Assembly: GCA_964057225.1 (NCBI GenBank)
Contig: OZ059895.1
Location: forward strand, 21,080,001 to 21,144,000
Direction: 5' to 3'
Length of the DNA: 64,000 nt
From: Auanema rhodensis
Taxonomy: Eukaryota; Animalia; Nematoda
Shown one piece after another: positions 1 to 14,900 of this stretch. The notes under the pieces were generated by a model that did no database searches, was not told the origin of the DNA, and was given only the letters and a program-made list of their open reading frames with translations. A program made the position numbers and the translations under genes. The first letter of the stretch is position 1. The number at the start of each line of letters is the position of its first letter.

Positions 1-704
1 CTAATTAAGTGTACACATGATATGCACTTGGTATGTAACTCGCTTCACGTGAAAGATAAAGAGATGCGGTTTTCAAAATTAGATTCCCCATGTCCATATT
101 AGTCTAAAAACAAATTTTTATTAATATTGGTGCATGGTAACCATGACTTTGAAATTTACGTGAACTTTAATTTATGCTAATTAAGTGTACACATGATGTG
201 CCTTTGGTATGTAACTCGCTTCACGTCGAAGATAAAGAGATGCGGTTTTCAAAATTAGATTCCCCATGTCCATATTAGTCTAAAAACAAATTTTAATTAA
301 TATTGGTGCATGGTAACCATGACTTTGAAATTTACGTGAACTTTAATTTATGCTTATTAAGTGTACACGTGATGTGCACTTGGTATGTAACTCGCTTCAC
401 GTGAAAGATAAAGAGATGCGGTTTTCAAAATTAGATTCCCCATGTCCATATTAGTCTAAAAACAAATTTTTATTAATATTGGTGCATGGTAACCATGACT
501 TTGAAATTTACGTGAACTTCAATTTATGCTAATTAAGTGTACACGTGATGTGCACTTGGTATGTAACTCGCTTCACGTGAAAGATGAAGAGATGCGGTTT
601 TCAAAATTAGATTCCCCATGTCCATATTAGTCTAAAAACAAATTTTTATTAATATTGGTGCATGGTAACCATGACTTTGAAATTTACGTGAACTTTAATT
701 TATG

Positions 705-2110
705 CTAATTAAGTGTACACCTGATGTGCACTTGGTATGTAACTCGCTTCACGTGAAAGATAAAGAGATGCGGTTTTCAAAATTAGATTCCCCATTTCCA
801 TATTAGTCTAAAAACGAATTTTTATTGATATTGGTGCATGGTAACCATGACTTTGACATTTACGTGAACTTTAATTTATGCTTATTAAGTGTACACGTGA
901 TGTGCACTTGGTATGTAACTCGCTTCACGTGAAAGATAAAGAGATGCGGTTTTCAAAATTAGATTCTCCATGTCCATATTAGTCTAAAAACAAATTTTTA
1001 TTAATATTGGTGCATGGTAACCATGACTTTGAAATTTACGTGAACTTTAATTTATGCTAATTAAGTGTACACATGATGTGCACTTGGTATGTTACTCGCT
1101 TCACGTGAAAGATAAAGAGATGCGGTTTTCAAAATAGATTCCCCATTTCCATATTAGTCTAAAAACAAATTTTTATTGATATTGGTGCATGGCAACCATG
1201 ACTTTAAAATTTACGTGAACTTAAATTTATGCTAATTAAGTGTACACATGATGTGCACTTGGTATGTAACTCGCTTCACGTCAAAGATAAAGAGATGCGG
1301 TTTTCAAAATTAGATTCCCCATGTCCATATTAGTCTAAAAACAAATTTTTATTGATATTGGTGCATGGTAACCATGACTTTGAAATTTACGTGAACTTTA
1401 ATTTATGCTAATTAAGTGTACACCTGATGTGCACTTGGTATGTAACTCGCTTCACGTGAAAGATAAAGAGATGCGGTTTTCAAAATTAGATTCCCCATTT
1501 CCATATTAGTCTAAAAACGAATTTTTATTGATATTGGTGCATGGTAACCATGACTTTGACATTTACGTGAACTTTAATTTATGCTTATTAAGTGTACACG
1601 TGATGTGCACTTGGTATGTAACTCGCTTCACGTGAAAGATAAAGAGATGCGGTTTTCAAAATTAGATTCCCCATGTCCATATTAGTCTAAAAACAAATTT
1701 TTATTAATATTGGTGCATGGTAACCATGACTTTGAAATTTACGTGAACTTTAATTTATGCTAATTAAGTGTACACATGATGTGCACTTGGTATGTTACTC
1801 GCTTCACGTGAAAGATAAAGAGATGCGGTTCTCAAAATAGATTCCCCATTTCCATATTAGTCTAAAAACAAATTTTTATTGATATTGGTGCATGGCAACC
1901 ATGACTTTAAAATTTACGTGAACTTAAATTTATGCTAATTAAGTGTACACATGATGTGCACTTGGTATGTAACTCGCTTCACGTCAAAGATAAAGAGATG
2001 CGGTTTTCAAAATTAGATTCCCCATTTCCATGTTAGTCTAAAAACAAATTTTTATTGATATTGGTGCATGGCAACCATGACTTTAAAATTTACGTGAACT
2101 TAAATTTATG
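705..2110 (+). repeat. Tandem 4-monomer duplication (703-bp unit x2)
   Basis: Private variants CACCTGA (721/1424), TTTGACATT (857/1560) and TGTTACTC (1093/1796) all recur at offset 703 = 4x176-1. Confidence 0.88.
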
Positions 2111-4044
2111 CTAATTAAGTGTACACATGATGTGCACTTGGTATGTAACTCGCTTCACGTGAAAGATAAAGAGATGCGGTTTTCAAAATTAGATTCCCCA
2201 TGTCCATATTAGTCTAAAAACAAATTTTTATTGATATTGGTGCATGGTAACCATGACTTTGAAATTTACGTGAACTTTAATTTATGCTAATTAAATGTAC
2301 ACGTGATGTGCACTTGGTATGTAACTCGCTTCACGTGAAAGATGAAGAGATGCGGTTTTCAAAATTAGATTCCCCATGTCCATATTAGTCTAAAAACAAA
2401 TTTTTATTAATATTGGTGCATGGTAACCATGACTTTGAAATTTACGTGAACTTTAATTTATGCTAATTAAGTGTACACATGATATGCACTTGGTATGTAA
2501 CTCGCTTCACGTGAAAGATAAAGAGATGCGGTTTTCAAAATAGATTCCCCATTTCCATATTAGTCTAAAAACAAATTTTTATTGATCTTGGTGCATGGCA
2601 ACCATGACTTTAAAATTTACGTGAACTTTAATTTATGCTAATTAAGTGTACACATGATGTGCCTTTGGTATGTAACTCGCTTCACGTCAAAGATAAAGAG
2701 ATGCGGTTTTCAAAATTAGATTCCCCATGTCCATATTAGTCTAAAAACAAATTTTTATTAATATTGGTGCATGGTAACCATGACTTTGAAATTTACGTGA
2801 ACTTTAATTTATGCTAATTAAGTGTACACATGATGTGCGCTTGGTATGTAACTCGCTTCACGTGAAAGATAAAGAGATGCGGTTTTCAAAATTAGATTCC
2901 CCATTTCCATGTTAGTCTAAAAACAAATTTTTATTGATATTGGTGCATGGCAACCATGACTTTAAAATTTACGTGAACTTAAATTTATGCTAATTAAGTG
3001 TACACATGATGTGCACTTGGTATGTCACTCGCTTCACGTCAAAGATAAAGAGATGCGGTTTTCAAAATTAGATTCCCCATGTCCATATTAGTCTAAAAAC
3101 AAATTTTTATTAATATTGGTGCATGGTAACCATGACTTTGAAATTTACGTGAACTTCAATTTATGCTAATTAAGTGTACACGTGATGTGCACTTGGTATG
3201 TAACTCGCTTCACGTGAAAGATGAAGAGATGCGGTTTTCAAAATTAGATTCCCCATGTCCATATTAGTCTAAAAACAAATTTTTATTAATATTGGTGCAT
3301 GGTAACCATGACTTTGAAATTTACGTGAACTTCAATTTATGCTAATTAAGTGTACACATGATATGCACTTGGTATGTAACTCGCTTCACGTGAAAGATAA
3401 AGAGATGCGGTTTTCAAAATAGATTCCCCATTTCCATATTAGTCTAAAAACAAATTTTTATTGATATTGGTGCATGGCAACCATGACTTTAAAATTTACG
3501 TGAACTTTAATTTATGCTAATTAAGTGTACACATGATGTGCACTTGGTATGTAACACGCTTTACGTCAAAGATAAAGAGATGCGGTTTTCAAAATTAGAT
3601 TCCCCATGTCCATATTAGTCTAAAAACAAATTTTTATTGATATTGGTGCATGGTAACCATGACTTTGAAATTTACGTGAACTTTAATTTATGCTAATTAA
3701 GTGTACACATGATGTGCGCTTGGTATGTAACTCGCTTCACGTTAAAGATAAAGAGATGCGGTTTTCAAAATTAGATTCCCCATTTCCATATTAGTCTAAA
3801 AACAAATTTTTATTGATATTGGTGCATGGCAACCATGACTTTAAAATTTACGTGAACTTTAATTTATGCTAATTAAGTGTACACATGATGTGCACTTGGT
3901 ATGTAACTCGCTTCACGTCAAAGATAAAGAGATGCGGTTTTCAAAATTAGATTCCCCATGTCCATATTAGTCTAAAAACAAATTTTTATTAATATTGGTG
4001 CATGGTAACCATGACTTTGAAATTTACGTGAACTTTAATTTATG

Positions 4045-5280
4045 CTAATTAAGTGTACACATGATGTGCACTTGGTATGTAACTCGCTTCACGTGAAAGA
4101 TGAAGAGATGCGGTTTTCAAAAAAATTAGATTCCTCATGTCCATATTAGTCTAAAAACGATTTTTTATTGATATTGGTGCATGGTAACCATGACTTTGAA
4201 ATTTACGTGAACTTTAATTTATGCTTATTAAGTGTACACGTGATGTGCACTTGGTATGTAACTCGCTTCACGTGAAAGATAAAGGGATGCGGTTTTCAAA
4301 ATTAGATTCCCCATTTCCATATTAGTCTAAAAACAAATTTTTATTGATATTGGTGCATGGTAACCATGACTTTGAAATTTACGTGAACTTTAATTTATGC
4401 TAATTAAGTGTACACATGATGTGCACTTGGTATGTAACTCGCTTCACGTGAAAGATAAAGGGATGCGGTTTTCAAAATTAGATTCCCCATGTTCATATTA
4501 GTCTAAAAACAAATTTTTATTAATATTGGTGCATGGTAACCATGACTTTGAAATTTACGTGAACTTTAATTTATGCTAATTAAGTGTACACATGATATGC
4601 ACTTGGTATGTAACTCGCTTCACGTGAAAGATAAAGAGATGCGGTTTTCAAAATAGATTCCCCATTTCCATATTAGTCTAAAAACAAATTTTTATTGATA
4701 TTGGTGCATGGCAACCATGACTTTGAAATTTACGTGAACTTTAATTTATGCTAATTAAGTGTACACATGATATGCACTTGGTATGTAACTCGCTTCACGT
4801 CAAAGATAAAGAGATGCGGTTTTCAAAATTAGATTCCCCATGTCCATATTAGTCTAAAAACAAATTTTTATTAATATTGGTGCATGGAAACCATGACTTT
4901 GAAATTTACGTGAACTTTAATTTATGCTAATTAAGTGTACACATGATGTGCACTTGGTATGTAACTCGCTTCACGTGAAAGATGAAGAGATGCGGTTTTC
5001 AAAAAAATTAGATTCCTCATGTCCATATTAGTCTAAAAACGATTTTTTATTGATATTGGTGCATGGTAACCATGACTTTGAAATTTACGTGAACTTTAAT
5101 TTATGCTTATTAAGTGTACACGTGATGTGCACTTGGTATGTAACTCGCTTCACGTGAAAGATAAACGGATGCGGTTTTCAAAATTAGATTCCCCATTTCC
5201 ATATTAGTCTAAAAACAAATTTTTATTGATATTGGTGCATGGTAACCATGACTTTGAAATTTACGTGAACTTCAATTTAT
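4045..5280 (+). repeat. Partial 5-monomer duplication marked by a +3 A-run expansion
   Basis: CAAAAAAATTAGA (A7 instead of A4) with CGATTTTTT at 4119 and 5001; offset 882 = 5x176+3-1. Boundaries approximate. Confidence 0.75.
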
Positions 5281-5985
5281 GCTAATTAAGTGTACACGTG
5301 ATGTGCACTTGGTATGTAACTCGCTTCACGTGAAAGATGAAGAGATGCGGTTTTCAAAATTAGATTCCCCATTTCCATATTAGTCTAAAAACAAATTTTT
5401 ATTGATATTGGTGCATGGTAACCATGACTTTGAAATTTACGTGAACTTTAATTTATGCTAATTAAGTGTACACATGATGTGCACTTGGTATGTAACTCGC
5501 TTCACGTCAAAGATAAAGAGATGCGGTTTTCAAAATTAGATTCCCCATTTCCATATTAGTCTAAAAACAAATTTTTATTGATATTGGTGCATGGTAACCA
5601 TGACTTTGAAATTTACGTGAACTTTAATTTATGCTAATTAAGTGTACACATGATGTGCACTTGGTATGTAACTCGCTTCACGTCAAAGATAAAGAGATGC
5701 GGTTTTCAAAATTAGATTCCCCATGTCCATATTAGTCTAAAAACAAATTTTTATTAATATTGGTGCATGGTAACCATGACTTTGAAATTTACGTGAACTT
5801 TAATTTATGCTAATTAAGTGTACACATGATGTGCACTTGGTATGTAACTCGCTTCACGTGAAAGATGAAGAGATGCGGTTTTCAAAATTAGATTCCTCAT
5901 GTCCATATTAGTCTAAAAACAAATTTTTATTGATATTGGTGCATGGCAACCATGACTTTAAAATTTACGTGAACTTTAATTTATG

Positions 5986-6689
5986 CTAATTAAGTGTACA
6001 CATGATGTGCACTTGGTATGTAATTCGCTTCAAGTCAAAGATAAAGAGATGCGGTTTTCAAAATTAGATTCCCTATGTCCATATTAGTCTAAAAACAAAT
6101 TTTTATTAATATTGGTGAATGGTAACCATGACTTTGAAATTTACGTGAACTTTAATTTATGCTAATTAAGTGTACACATGATGTGCACTTGGTATGTAAC
6201 TCGCTTCACGTGAAAGATGAAGAGATGCGGTTTTCAAAATTAGATTCCTCATGTCCATATTAGTCTAAAAACACATTTTTGTTGATATAGGTGGATGGTA
6301 ACCATGACTTTGAAATTTACGTGAACTTCAATTTATGCTAATTAAGTGTACACATGATGTGCACTTGGTATGTAATTCGCTTCAAGTCAAAGATAAAGAG
6401 ATGCGGTTTTCAAAATTAGATTCCCTATGTCCATATTAGTCTAAAAACAAATTTTTATTAATATTGGTGAATGGTAACCATGACTTTGAAATTTACGTGA
6501 ACTTTAATTTATGCTAATTAAGTGTACACATGATGTGCACTTGGTATGTAACTCGCTTCACGTGAAAGATGAAGAGATGCGGTTTTCAAAATTAGATTCC
6601 TCATGTCCATATTAGTCTAAAAACACATTTTTGTTGATATAGGTGGATGGTAACCATGACTTTGAAATTTACGTGAACTTTAATTTATG
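5986..6689 (+). repeat. Tandem dimer duplication (352 bp x2)
   Basis: TAATTCGCTTCAAGTC monomer alternates with CACATTTTTGTTGATATAGGTGGATGG monomer; markers at 6271 and 6623. Confidence 0.85.
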
Positions 6690-9600
6690 CTAATTAAGTG
6701 TACACATGATGTGCACTTGGTATGTAACTCGCTTCACGTCAAAGATAAAGAGATGCGGTTTTCAAAATTAGATTCCCCATTTCCATATTAGTCTAAAAAC
6801 AAATTTTTATTGATATTGGTGCATGGTAACCATGACTTTGAAATTTACGTGAACTTTAATTTATGCTAATTAAGTGTACACATGATGTGCACTTGGTATG
6901 TAACTCGCTTCACGTCAAAGATAAAGAGATGCGGTTTTCAAAATTAGATTCCCCATGTCCATATTAGTCTAAAAACAAATTTTTATTGATATTGGTGCAT
7001 GGTAACCATGACTTTGAAATTTACGTGAACTTTAATTTATGCTAATTAAGTGTACACATGATGTGCACTTGGTATGTAACTCGCTTCACGTGAAAGATGA
7101 AGAGATGCGGTTTTCAAAATTAGATTCCTCATGTCCATATTAGTCTAAAAACAAATTTTTATTGATATTGGTGCATGGCAACCATGACTTTAAAATTTAC
7201 GTGAACTTTAATTTATGCTAATTAAGTGTACACATGATGTGCACTTGGTATGTAATTCGCTTCAAGTCAAAGATAAAGAGATGCGGTTTTCAAAATTAGA
7301 TTCCCTATGTCCATATTAGTCTAAAAACAAATTTTTATTAATATTGGTGAATGGTAACCATGACTTTGAAATTTACGTGAACTTTAATTTATGCTAATTA
7401 AGTGTACACATGATGTGCACTTGGTATGTAACTCGCTTCACGTGAAAGATGAAGAGATGCGGTTTTCAAAATTAGATTCCTCATGTCCATATTAGTCTAA
7501 ACACACATTTTTGTTGATATAGGTGGATGGTAACCATGACTTTGAAATTTACGTGAACTTCAATTTATGCTAATTAAGTGTACACATGATGTGCACTTGG
7601 TATGTAATTCGCTTCAAGTCAAAGATAAAGAGATGCGGTTTTCAAAATTAGATTCCCTATGTCCATATTAGTCTAAAAACAAATTTTTATTAATATTGGT
7701 GAATGGTAACCATGACTTTGAAATTTACGTGAACTTTAATTTATGCTAATTAAGTGTACACATGATGTGCACTTGGTATGTAACTCGCTTCACGTGAAAG
7801 ATAAAGAGATGCGGTTTTCAAAATAGATTCCCCATTTCCATATTAGTCTAAAAACAAATTTTTATTGATATTGCTGCATGGCAACCATGACTTTAAAATT
7901 TACGTGAACTTTAATTTATGCTAATTAAGTGTACACATGATGTGCACTTGGTATGTAACTCGCTTTACGTCAAAGATAAAGAGATGCGGTTTTCAAAATT
8001 AGATTCCCCATGTCCATATTAGTCTAAAAACAAATTTTTATTAATATTGGTGCATGGTAACCATGACTTTGAAATTTACGTGAACTTAAATTTATGCTAA
8101 TTAAGTGTACACATGATGTGCACTTGGTATGTAACTCGCTTCACGTCAAAGATAAAGAGATGCGGTTTTCAAAATTAGATTCCCCATGTCCATATTAGTC
8201 TAAAAACAAATTTTTATTAATATTGGTGAATGGTAACCATGACTTTGAAATTTACGTGAACTTTAATTTATGCTAATTAAGTGTACACATGATGTGCACT
8301 TGGTATGTAACTCGCTTCACGTGAAAGATGAAGAGATGCGGTTTTCAAAATTAGATTCCTCATGTCCATATTAGTCTAAAAACAAATTTTTATTGATATT
8401 GGTGCATGGCAACCATGACTTTGAAATTTACGTGAACTTTAATTTATGCTAATTAAGTGTACACATGATGTGCACTTGGTATGTAACTCGCTTCACGTGA
8501 AAGATGAAGAGATGCGGTTTTCAAAATTAGATTCCTCATGTCCATATTAGTCTAAAAACAAATTTTTATTGATATTGGTGCATGGCAACCATGACTTTAA
8601 AATTTACGTGAACTTTAATTTATGCTAATTAAGTGTACATATGATGTGCACTTGGTATGTAATTCGCTTCAAGTCAAAGATAAAGAGATGCGGTTTTCAA
8701 AATTAGATTCCCTATGTCCATATTAGTCTAAAAACAAATTTTTATTAATATTGGTGAATGGTAACCATGACTTTGAAATTTACGTGAACTTTAATTTATG
8801 CTAATTAAGTGTACACATGATGTGCACTTGGTATGTAACTCGCTTCACGTGAAAGATGAAGAGATGCGGTTTTCAAAATTAGATTCCTCATGTCCATATT
8901 AGTCTAAAAACACAATTTTGTTGATATAGGTGGATGGTAACCATGACTTTGAAATTTACGTGAACTTCAATTTATGCTAATTAAGTGTACACATGATGTG
9001 CACTTGGTATGTAATTCGCTTCAAGTCAAAGATAAAGAGATGCGGTTTTCAAAATTAGATTCCCTATGTCCATATTAGTCTAAAAACAAATTTTTATTAA
9101 TATTGGTGAATGGTAACCATGACTTTGAAATTTACGTGAACTTTAATTTATGCTAATTAAGTGTACACATGATGTGCACTTGGTATGTAACTCGCTTCAC
9201 GTGAAAGATAAAGAGATGCGGTTTTCAAAATAGATTCCCCATTTCCATATTAGTCTAAAAACAAATTTTTATTGATATTGGTGCATGGTAACCATGACTT
9301 TGAAATTTACGTGAACTTTAATTTATGCTTATTAAGTGTACACGTGATGTGCACTTGGTATGTAACTCGCTTCACGTGAAAGATGAAGAGATGCGGTTTT
9401 CAAAATTAGATTCCTCATGTCCATATTAGTCTAAAAACGAATTTTTATTGATATTGGTGCATGGCAACCATGACTTTAAAATTTACGTGAACTTTAATTT
9501 ATGCTAATTAAGTGTACATATGATGTGCACTTGGTATGTAATTCGCTTCAAGTCAAAGATAAAGAGATGCGGTTTTCAAAATTAGATTCCCTATGTCCAT

Positions 9601-11976
9601 ATTAGTCTAAAAACAAATTTTTATTAATATTGGTGAATGGTAACCATGACTTTGAAATTTACGTGAACTTTAATTTATGCTAATTAAGTGTACACATGAT
9701 GTGCACTTGGTATGTAACTCGCTTCACGTGAAAGATGAAGAGATGCGGTTTTCAAAATTAGATTCCTCATGTCCATATTAGTCTAAAAACACATTTTTGT
9801 TGATATAGGTGGATGGTAACCATGACTTTGAAATTTACGTGAACTTCAATTTATGCTAATTAAGTGTACACATGATGTGCACTTGGTATGTAATTCGCTT
9901 CAAGTCAAAGATAAAGAGATGCGGTTTTCAAAATTAGATTCCCTATGTCCATATTAGTCTAAAAACAAATTTTTATTAATATTGGTGAATGGTAACCATG
10001 ACTTTGAAATTTACGTGAACTTTAATTTATGCTAATTAAGTGTACACATGATGTGCACTTGGTATGTAACTCGCTTCACGTGAAAGATAAAGAGATGCGG
10101 TTTTCAAAATAGATTCCCCATTTCCATATTAGTCTAAAAACAAATTTTTATTGATATTGCTGCATGGCAACCATGACTTTAAAATTTACGTGAACTTTAA
10201 TTTATGCTAATTAAGTGTACACATGATGTGCACTTGGTATGTAACTCGCTTTACGTCAAAGATAAAGAGATGCGGTTTTCAAAATTAGATTCCCCATGTC
10301 CATATTAGTCTAAAAACAAATTTTTATTAATATTGGTGCATGGTAACCATGACTTTGAAATTTACGTGAACTTAAATTTATGCTAATTAAGTGTACACAT
10401 GATGTGCACTTGGTATGTAACTCGCTTCACGTCAAAGATAAAGAGATGCGGTTTTCAAAATTAGATTCCCCATGTCCATATTAGTCTAAAAACAAATTTT
10501 TATTAATATTGGTGCATGGTAACCATGACTTTGAAATTTACGTGAACTTTAATTTATGCTAATTAAGTGTACACATGATGTGCACTTGGTATGTAACTCG
10601 CTTCACGTGAAAGATGAAGAGATGCGGTTTTCAAAATTAGATTCCTCATGTCCATATTAGTCTAAAAACAAATTTTTATTGATATTGGTGCATGGCAACC
10701 ATGACTTTAAAATTTACGTGAACTTTAATTTATGCTAATTAAGTGTACACATGATGTGCACTTGGTATGTAATTCGCTTCAAGTCAAAGATAAAGAGATG
10801 CGGTTTTCAAAATTAGATTCCCTATGTCCATATTAGTCTAAAAACAAATTTTTATTAATATTGGTGAATGGTAACCATGACTTTGAAATTTACGTGAACT
10901 TTAATTTATGCTAATTAAGTGTACACATGATGTGCACTTGGTATGTAACTCGCTTCACGTGAAAGATGAAGAGATGCGGTTTTCAAAATTAGATTCCTCA
11001 TGTCCATATTAGTCTAAAAACACATTTTTGTTGATATAGGTGGATGGTAACCATGACTTTGAAATTTACGTGAACTTCAATTTATGCTAATTAAGTGTAC
11101 ACATGATGTGCACTTGGTATGTAATTCGCTTCAAGTCAAAGATAAAGAGATGCGGTTTTCAAAATTAGATTCCCTATGTCCATATTAGTCTAAAAACAAA
11201 TTTTTATTAATATTGGTGAATGGTAACCATGACTTTGAAATTTACGTGAACTTTAATTCATGCTAATTAAGTGTACACATGATGTGCACTTGGTATGTAA
11301 CTCGCTTCACGTGAAAGATAAAGAGATGCGGTTTTCAAAATAGATTCCCCATTTCCATATTAGTCTAAAAACAAATTTTTATTGATATTGCTGCATGGCA
11401 ACCATGACTTTAAAATTTACGTGAACTTTAATTTATGCTAATTAAGTGTACACATGATGTGCACTTGGTATGTAACTCGCTTTACGTCAAAGATAAAGAG
11501 ATGCGGTTTTCAAAATTAGATTCCCCATGTCCATATTAGTCTAAAAACAAATTTTTATTATTATTGGTGCATGGTAACCATGACTTTGAAATTTACGTGA
11601 TCTTTAATTTATGCTAATTAAGTGTACACATGATGTGCACTTGGTATGTAACTCGCTTTACGTCAAAGATAAAGAGATACGGTTTTTAAAATTAGATTCC
11701 CCATTTCCATGTTAGTCTAAAAACAAATTTTTATTGATATTGGTGCATGGCAACCATGACTTTAAAATTTACGTGAACTTAAATTTATGCTAATTAAGTG
11801 TACACATGTTGTGCACTTGGTATGTAACTCGCTTCACGTCAAAGATAAAGAGATGCGGTTTTCAAAATTAGATTCCCCATGTCCATATTAGTCTAAAAAC
11901 AAATTTTTATTAATATTGGTGCATGGTAACCATGACTTTGAAATTTACGTGAACTTTAATTTATGCTAATTAAGTG
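6690..11976 (+). repeat. ~30-monomer block, paired with the copy at 27273-32559
   Basis: TAAACACAC 7502/28085, GTACATATG 8640/29223, TTATTATTGG 11561/32144 and GATACGGTTTTT 11677/32260 all share offset 20,583. Confidence 0.88.
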
Positions 11977-14900
11977 AACACATGATGTGCACTTGGTATG
12001 TAACTCGCTTCACGTCAAAGATAAAGAGATGCGGTTTTCAAAATTAGATTCCCCATGTCCATATTAGTCTAAAAACAAATTTTTATTAATATTGGTGCAT
12101 GGTAACCATGACTTTGAAATTTACGTGAACTTTAATTTATGCTAATTAAGTGTGCACATGATGTGCACTTGGTATGTAACTCGCTTCACGTGAAAGATGA
12201 AGAGATGCGGTTTTCAAAATTAGATTCCTCATGTCCATATTAGTCTAAAAACGAATTTTTATTGATATTGGTGCATGGTAACCATGACTTTGAAATTTAC
12301 GTGAACTTTAATTTATGCTAATTAAGTGTACACATGATGTGCACTTGGTATGTAACTCGCTTCATGTGAAAGATGAAGAGATGCGGTTTTCAAAATTAGA
12401 TTCCTCATGTCCATATTAGTCTAAAAACGAATTTTTATTAATATTGGTGCATGGTAACCATGACTTTGAAATTTACGTGAACTTTAATTTATGCTAATTA
12501 AGTGTACACATGATGTGCACTTGGTATGCAACTCGCTTCACGTGAAAGATGAAGAGATGCGGTTTTCAAAATTAGATTCCCCATGTCCATATTAGTCTAA
12601 AAACAAATTTTTATTAATATTGGTGCATGGTAACCATGACTTTGAAATTTACGTGTACTTCAATTTATGCTAATTAAGTGTACACGTGATGTGCGCTTGG
12701 TATGTAACTCGCTTCACGTGAAAGATGAAGAGATGCGGTTTTCAAAATTAGATTCCCCATGTCCATATTAGTCTAAAAACAAATTTTTATTAATATTGGT
12801 GCATGGTAACCATGACTTTGAAATTTACGTGAACTTCAATTTATGCTAATTAAGTGTACACGTGATGTGCGCTTGGTATGTAACTCGCTTCACGTGAAAG
12901 ATGAAGAGATGCGGTTTTCAAAATTAGATTTCCCATTTCCATATTAGTCTAAAAACAAATTTTTATTGATATTGGTGCATGGTAACCATGACTTTGAAAT
13001 TTACGTGAACTTCAATTTATGCTAATTAAGTGTACACATGATGTGCACTTGGTATGTAACTCGCTTCAAGTCAAAGATAAAGAGATGCGGTTTTCAAAAT
13101 TAGATTCCCTATGTCCATATTAGTCTAAAAACAAATTTTTATTAATATTGGTGCATGGTAACCATGACTTTGAAATTTACGTGAACTTTAATTTATGCTA
13201 ATTAAGTGTACACGTGATGTGCACTTGGTATGTAACTCGCTTCACGTGAAAGATAAAGAGATGCGGTTTTCAAAATTAGATTCCCCATTTCCAAATTAGT
13301 CTAAAAACAAATTTTTATTGATATTGGTGCATGGTAACCATGACTTTGAAATTTACGTGAACTTTAATTTATGCTAATTAAGTGTACACATGATGTGCAC
13401 TTGGTATGCAACTCGCTTCACGTGAAAGATGAAGAGATGCGGTTTTCAAAATTAGATTCCCCATGTCCATATTAGTCTAAAAACAAATTTTTATTAATAT
13501 TGGTGCATGGTAACCATGACTTTGAAATTTACGTGAACTTTAATTTATGCTAATTAAGTGTACACATGATGTGCACTTGGTATGTAACTCGCTTCACGTC
13601 AAAGATAAAGAGATGCGGTTTTCAAAATTAGATTCCACATGTCCATATTAGTCTAAAAACGAATTTTTATTGATATTGGTGCATGGTAACCATGACTTTG
13701 AAATTTACGTGAACTTTAATTTATGCTAATTAAGTGTACACATGATGTGCACTTGGTATGTAACTCGCTTCACGTGAAAGATAAAGGGATGCGGTTTTCA
13801 AAATTAGATTACCCATGTCCATATTAGTCTAAAAACAAATTTTTATTGATATTGGTGCATGGTAACCATGACTTTGAAATTTACGTGAACTTTAATTTAT
13901 GCTTATTAAGTGTACACGTGATGTGCACTTGGTATGTAACTCGCTTCACGTGAAAGATAAAGGGATGCGGTTTTCAAAATTAGATTCCCCATGTCCATAT
14001 TAGTCTAAAAACAAATTTTTATTGATATTGGTGCATGGTAACCATGACTTTGAAATTTACGTGAACTTCAAATTATGCTAATTAAGTGTACACGTGATGT
14101 GCGCTTGGTATGTAACTCGCTTCACGTGAAAGATGAAGAGATGCGGTTTTCAAAATAGATTCCCCATTTCCATATTAGTCTAAAAACAAATTTTTATTGA
14201 TATTGGTGCATGGTAACCATGACTTTGAAATTTACGTGAACTTCAATTTATGCTAATTAAGTGTACACATGATGTGCACTTGGTATGTAACTCGCTTCAA
14301 GTCAAAGATAAAGAGATGCGGTTTTCAAAATTAGATTCCCTATGTCCATATTAGTCTAAAAACAAATTTTTATTAATATTGGTGCATGGTAACCATGACT
14401 TTGAAATTTACGTGAACTTCAATTTATGCTAATTAAGTGTACACGTGATGTGCGCTTGGTATGTAACTCGCTTCACGTGAAAGATGAAGAGATGCGGTTT
14501 TCAAAATTAGATTCCCCATTTCCATATTAGCCTAAAAACAAATTTTTATTGATATTGGTGCATGGTAACCATGACTTTGAAATTTACGTGAACTTCAATT
14601 TATGCTAATTAAGTGTACACATGATGTGCACTTGGTATGTAACTCGCTTCAAGTCAAAGATAAAGAGATGCGGTTTTCAAAATTAGATTCCCTATGTCCA
14701 TATTAGTCTAAAAACAAATTTTTATTAATATTGGTGCATGGTAACCATGACTTTGAAATTTACGTGAACTTTAATTTATGCTAATTAAGTGTACACGTGA
14801 TGTGCACTTGGTATGTAACTCGCTTCACGTGAAAGATAAAGAGATGCGGTTTTCAAAATTAGATTCCCCATTTCCAAATTAGTCTAAAAACAAATTTTTA

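Noticed and set aside
44-164. Monomer derived from an ~88-bp dimer or shorter subrepeat
   Set aside because: Shared words (ACGTGAA, CCATG, ATATT, TTT(C/G)AAA) fall at inconsistent spacings; no colinear internal alignment is evident.
1-176. Tandem 5S rRNA, tRNA, snRNA or spliced-leader gene unit
   Set aside because: No recognisable conserved RNA gene sequence, Pol III internal boxes or cloverleaf by eye. An Rfam/Infernal search would be the formal test.
1-176. Assignment to a named ~171-178-bp satellite (alpha satellite, Arabidopsis CEN178, Brassica CentBr)
   Set aside because: Only the length is similar; I do not recognise the sequence as any of these. It needs a BLAST or Dfam/Repbase search.
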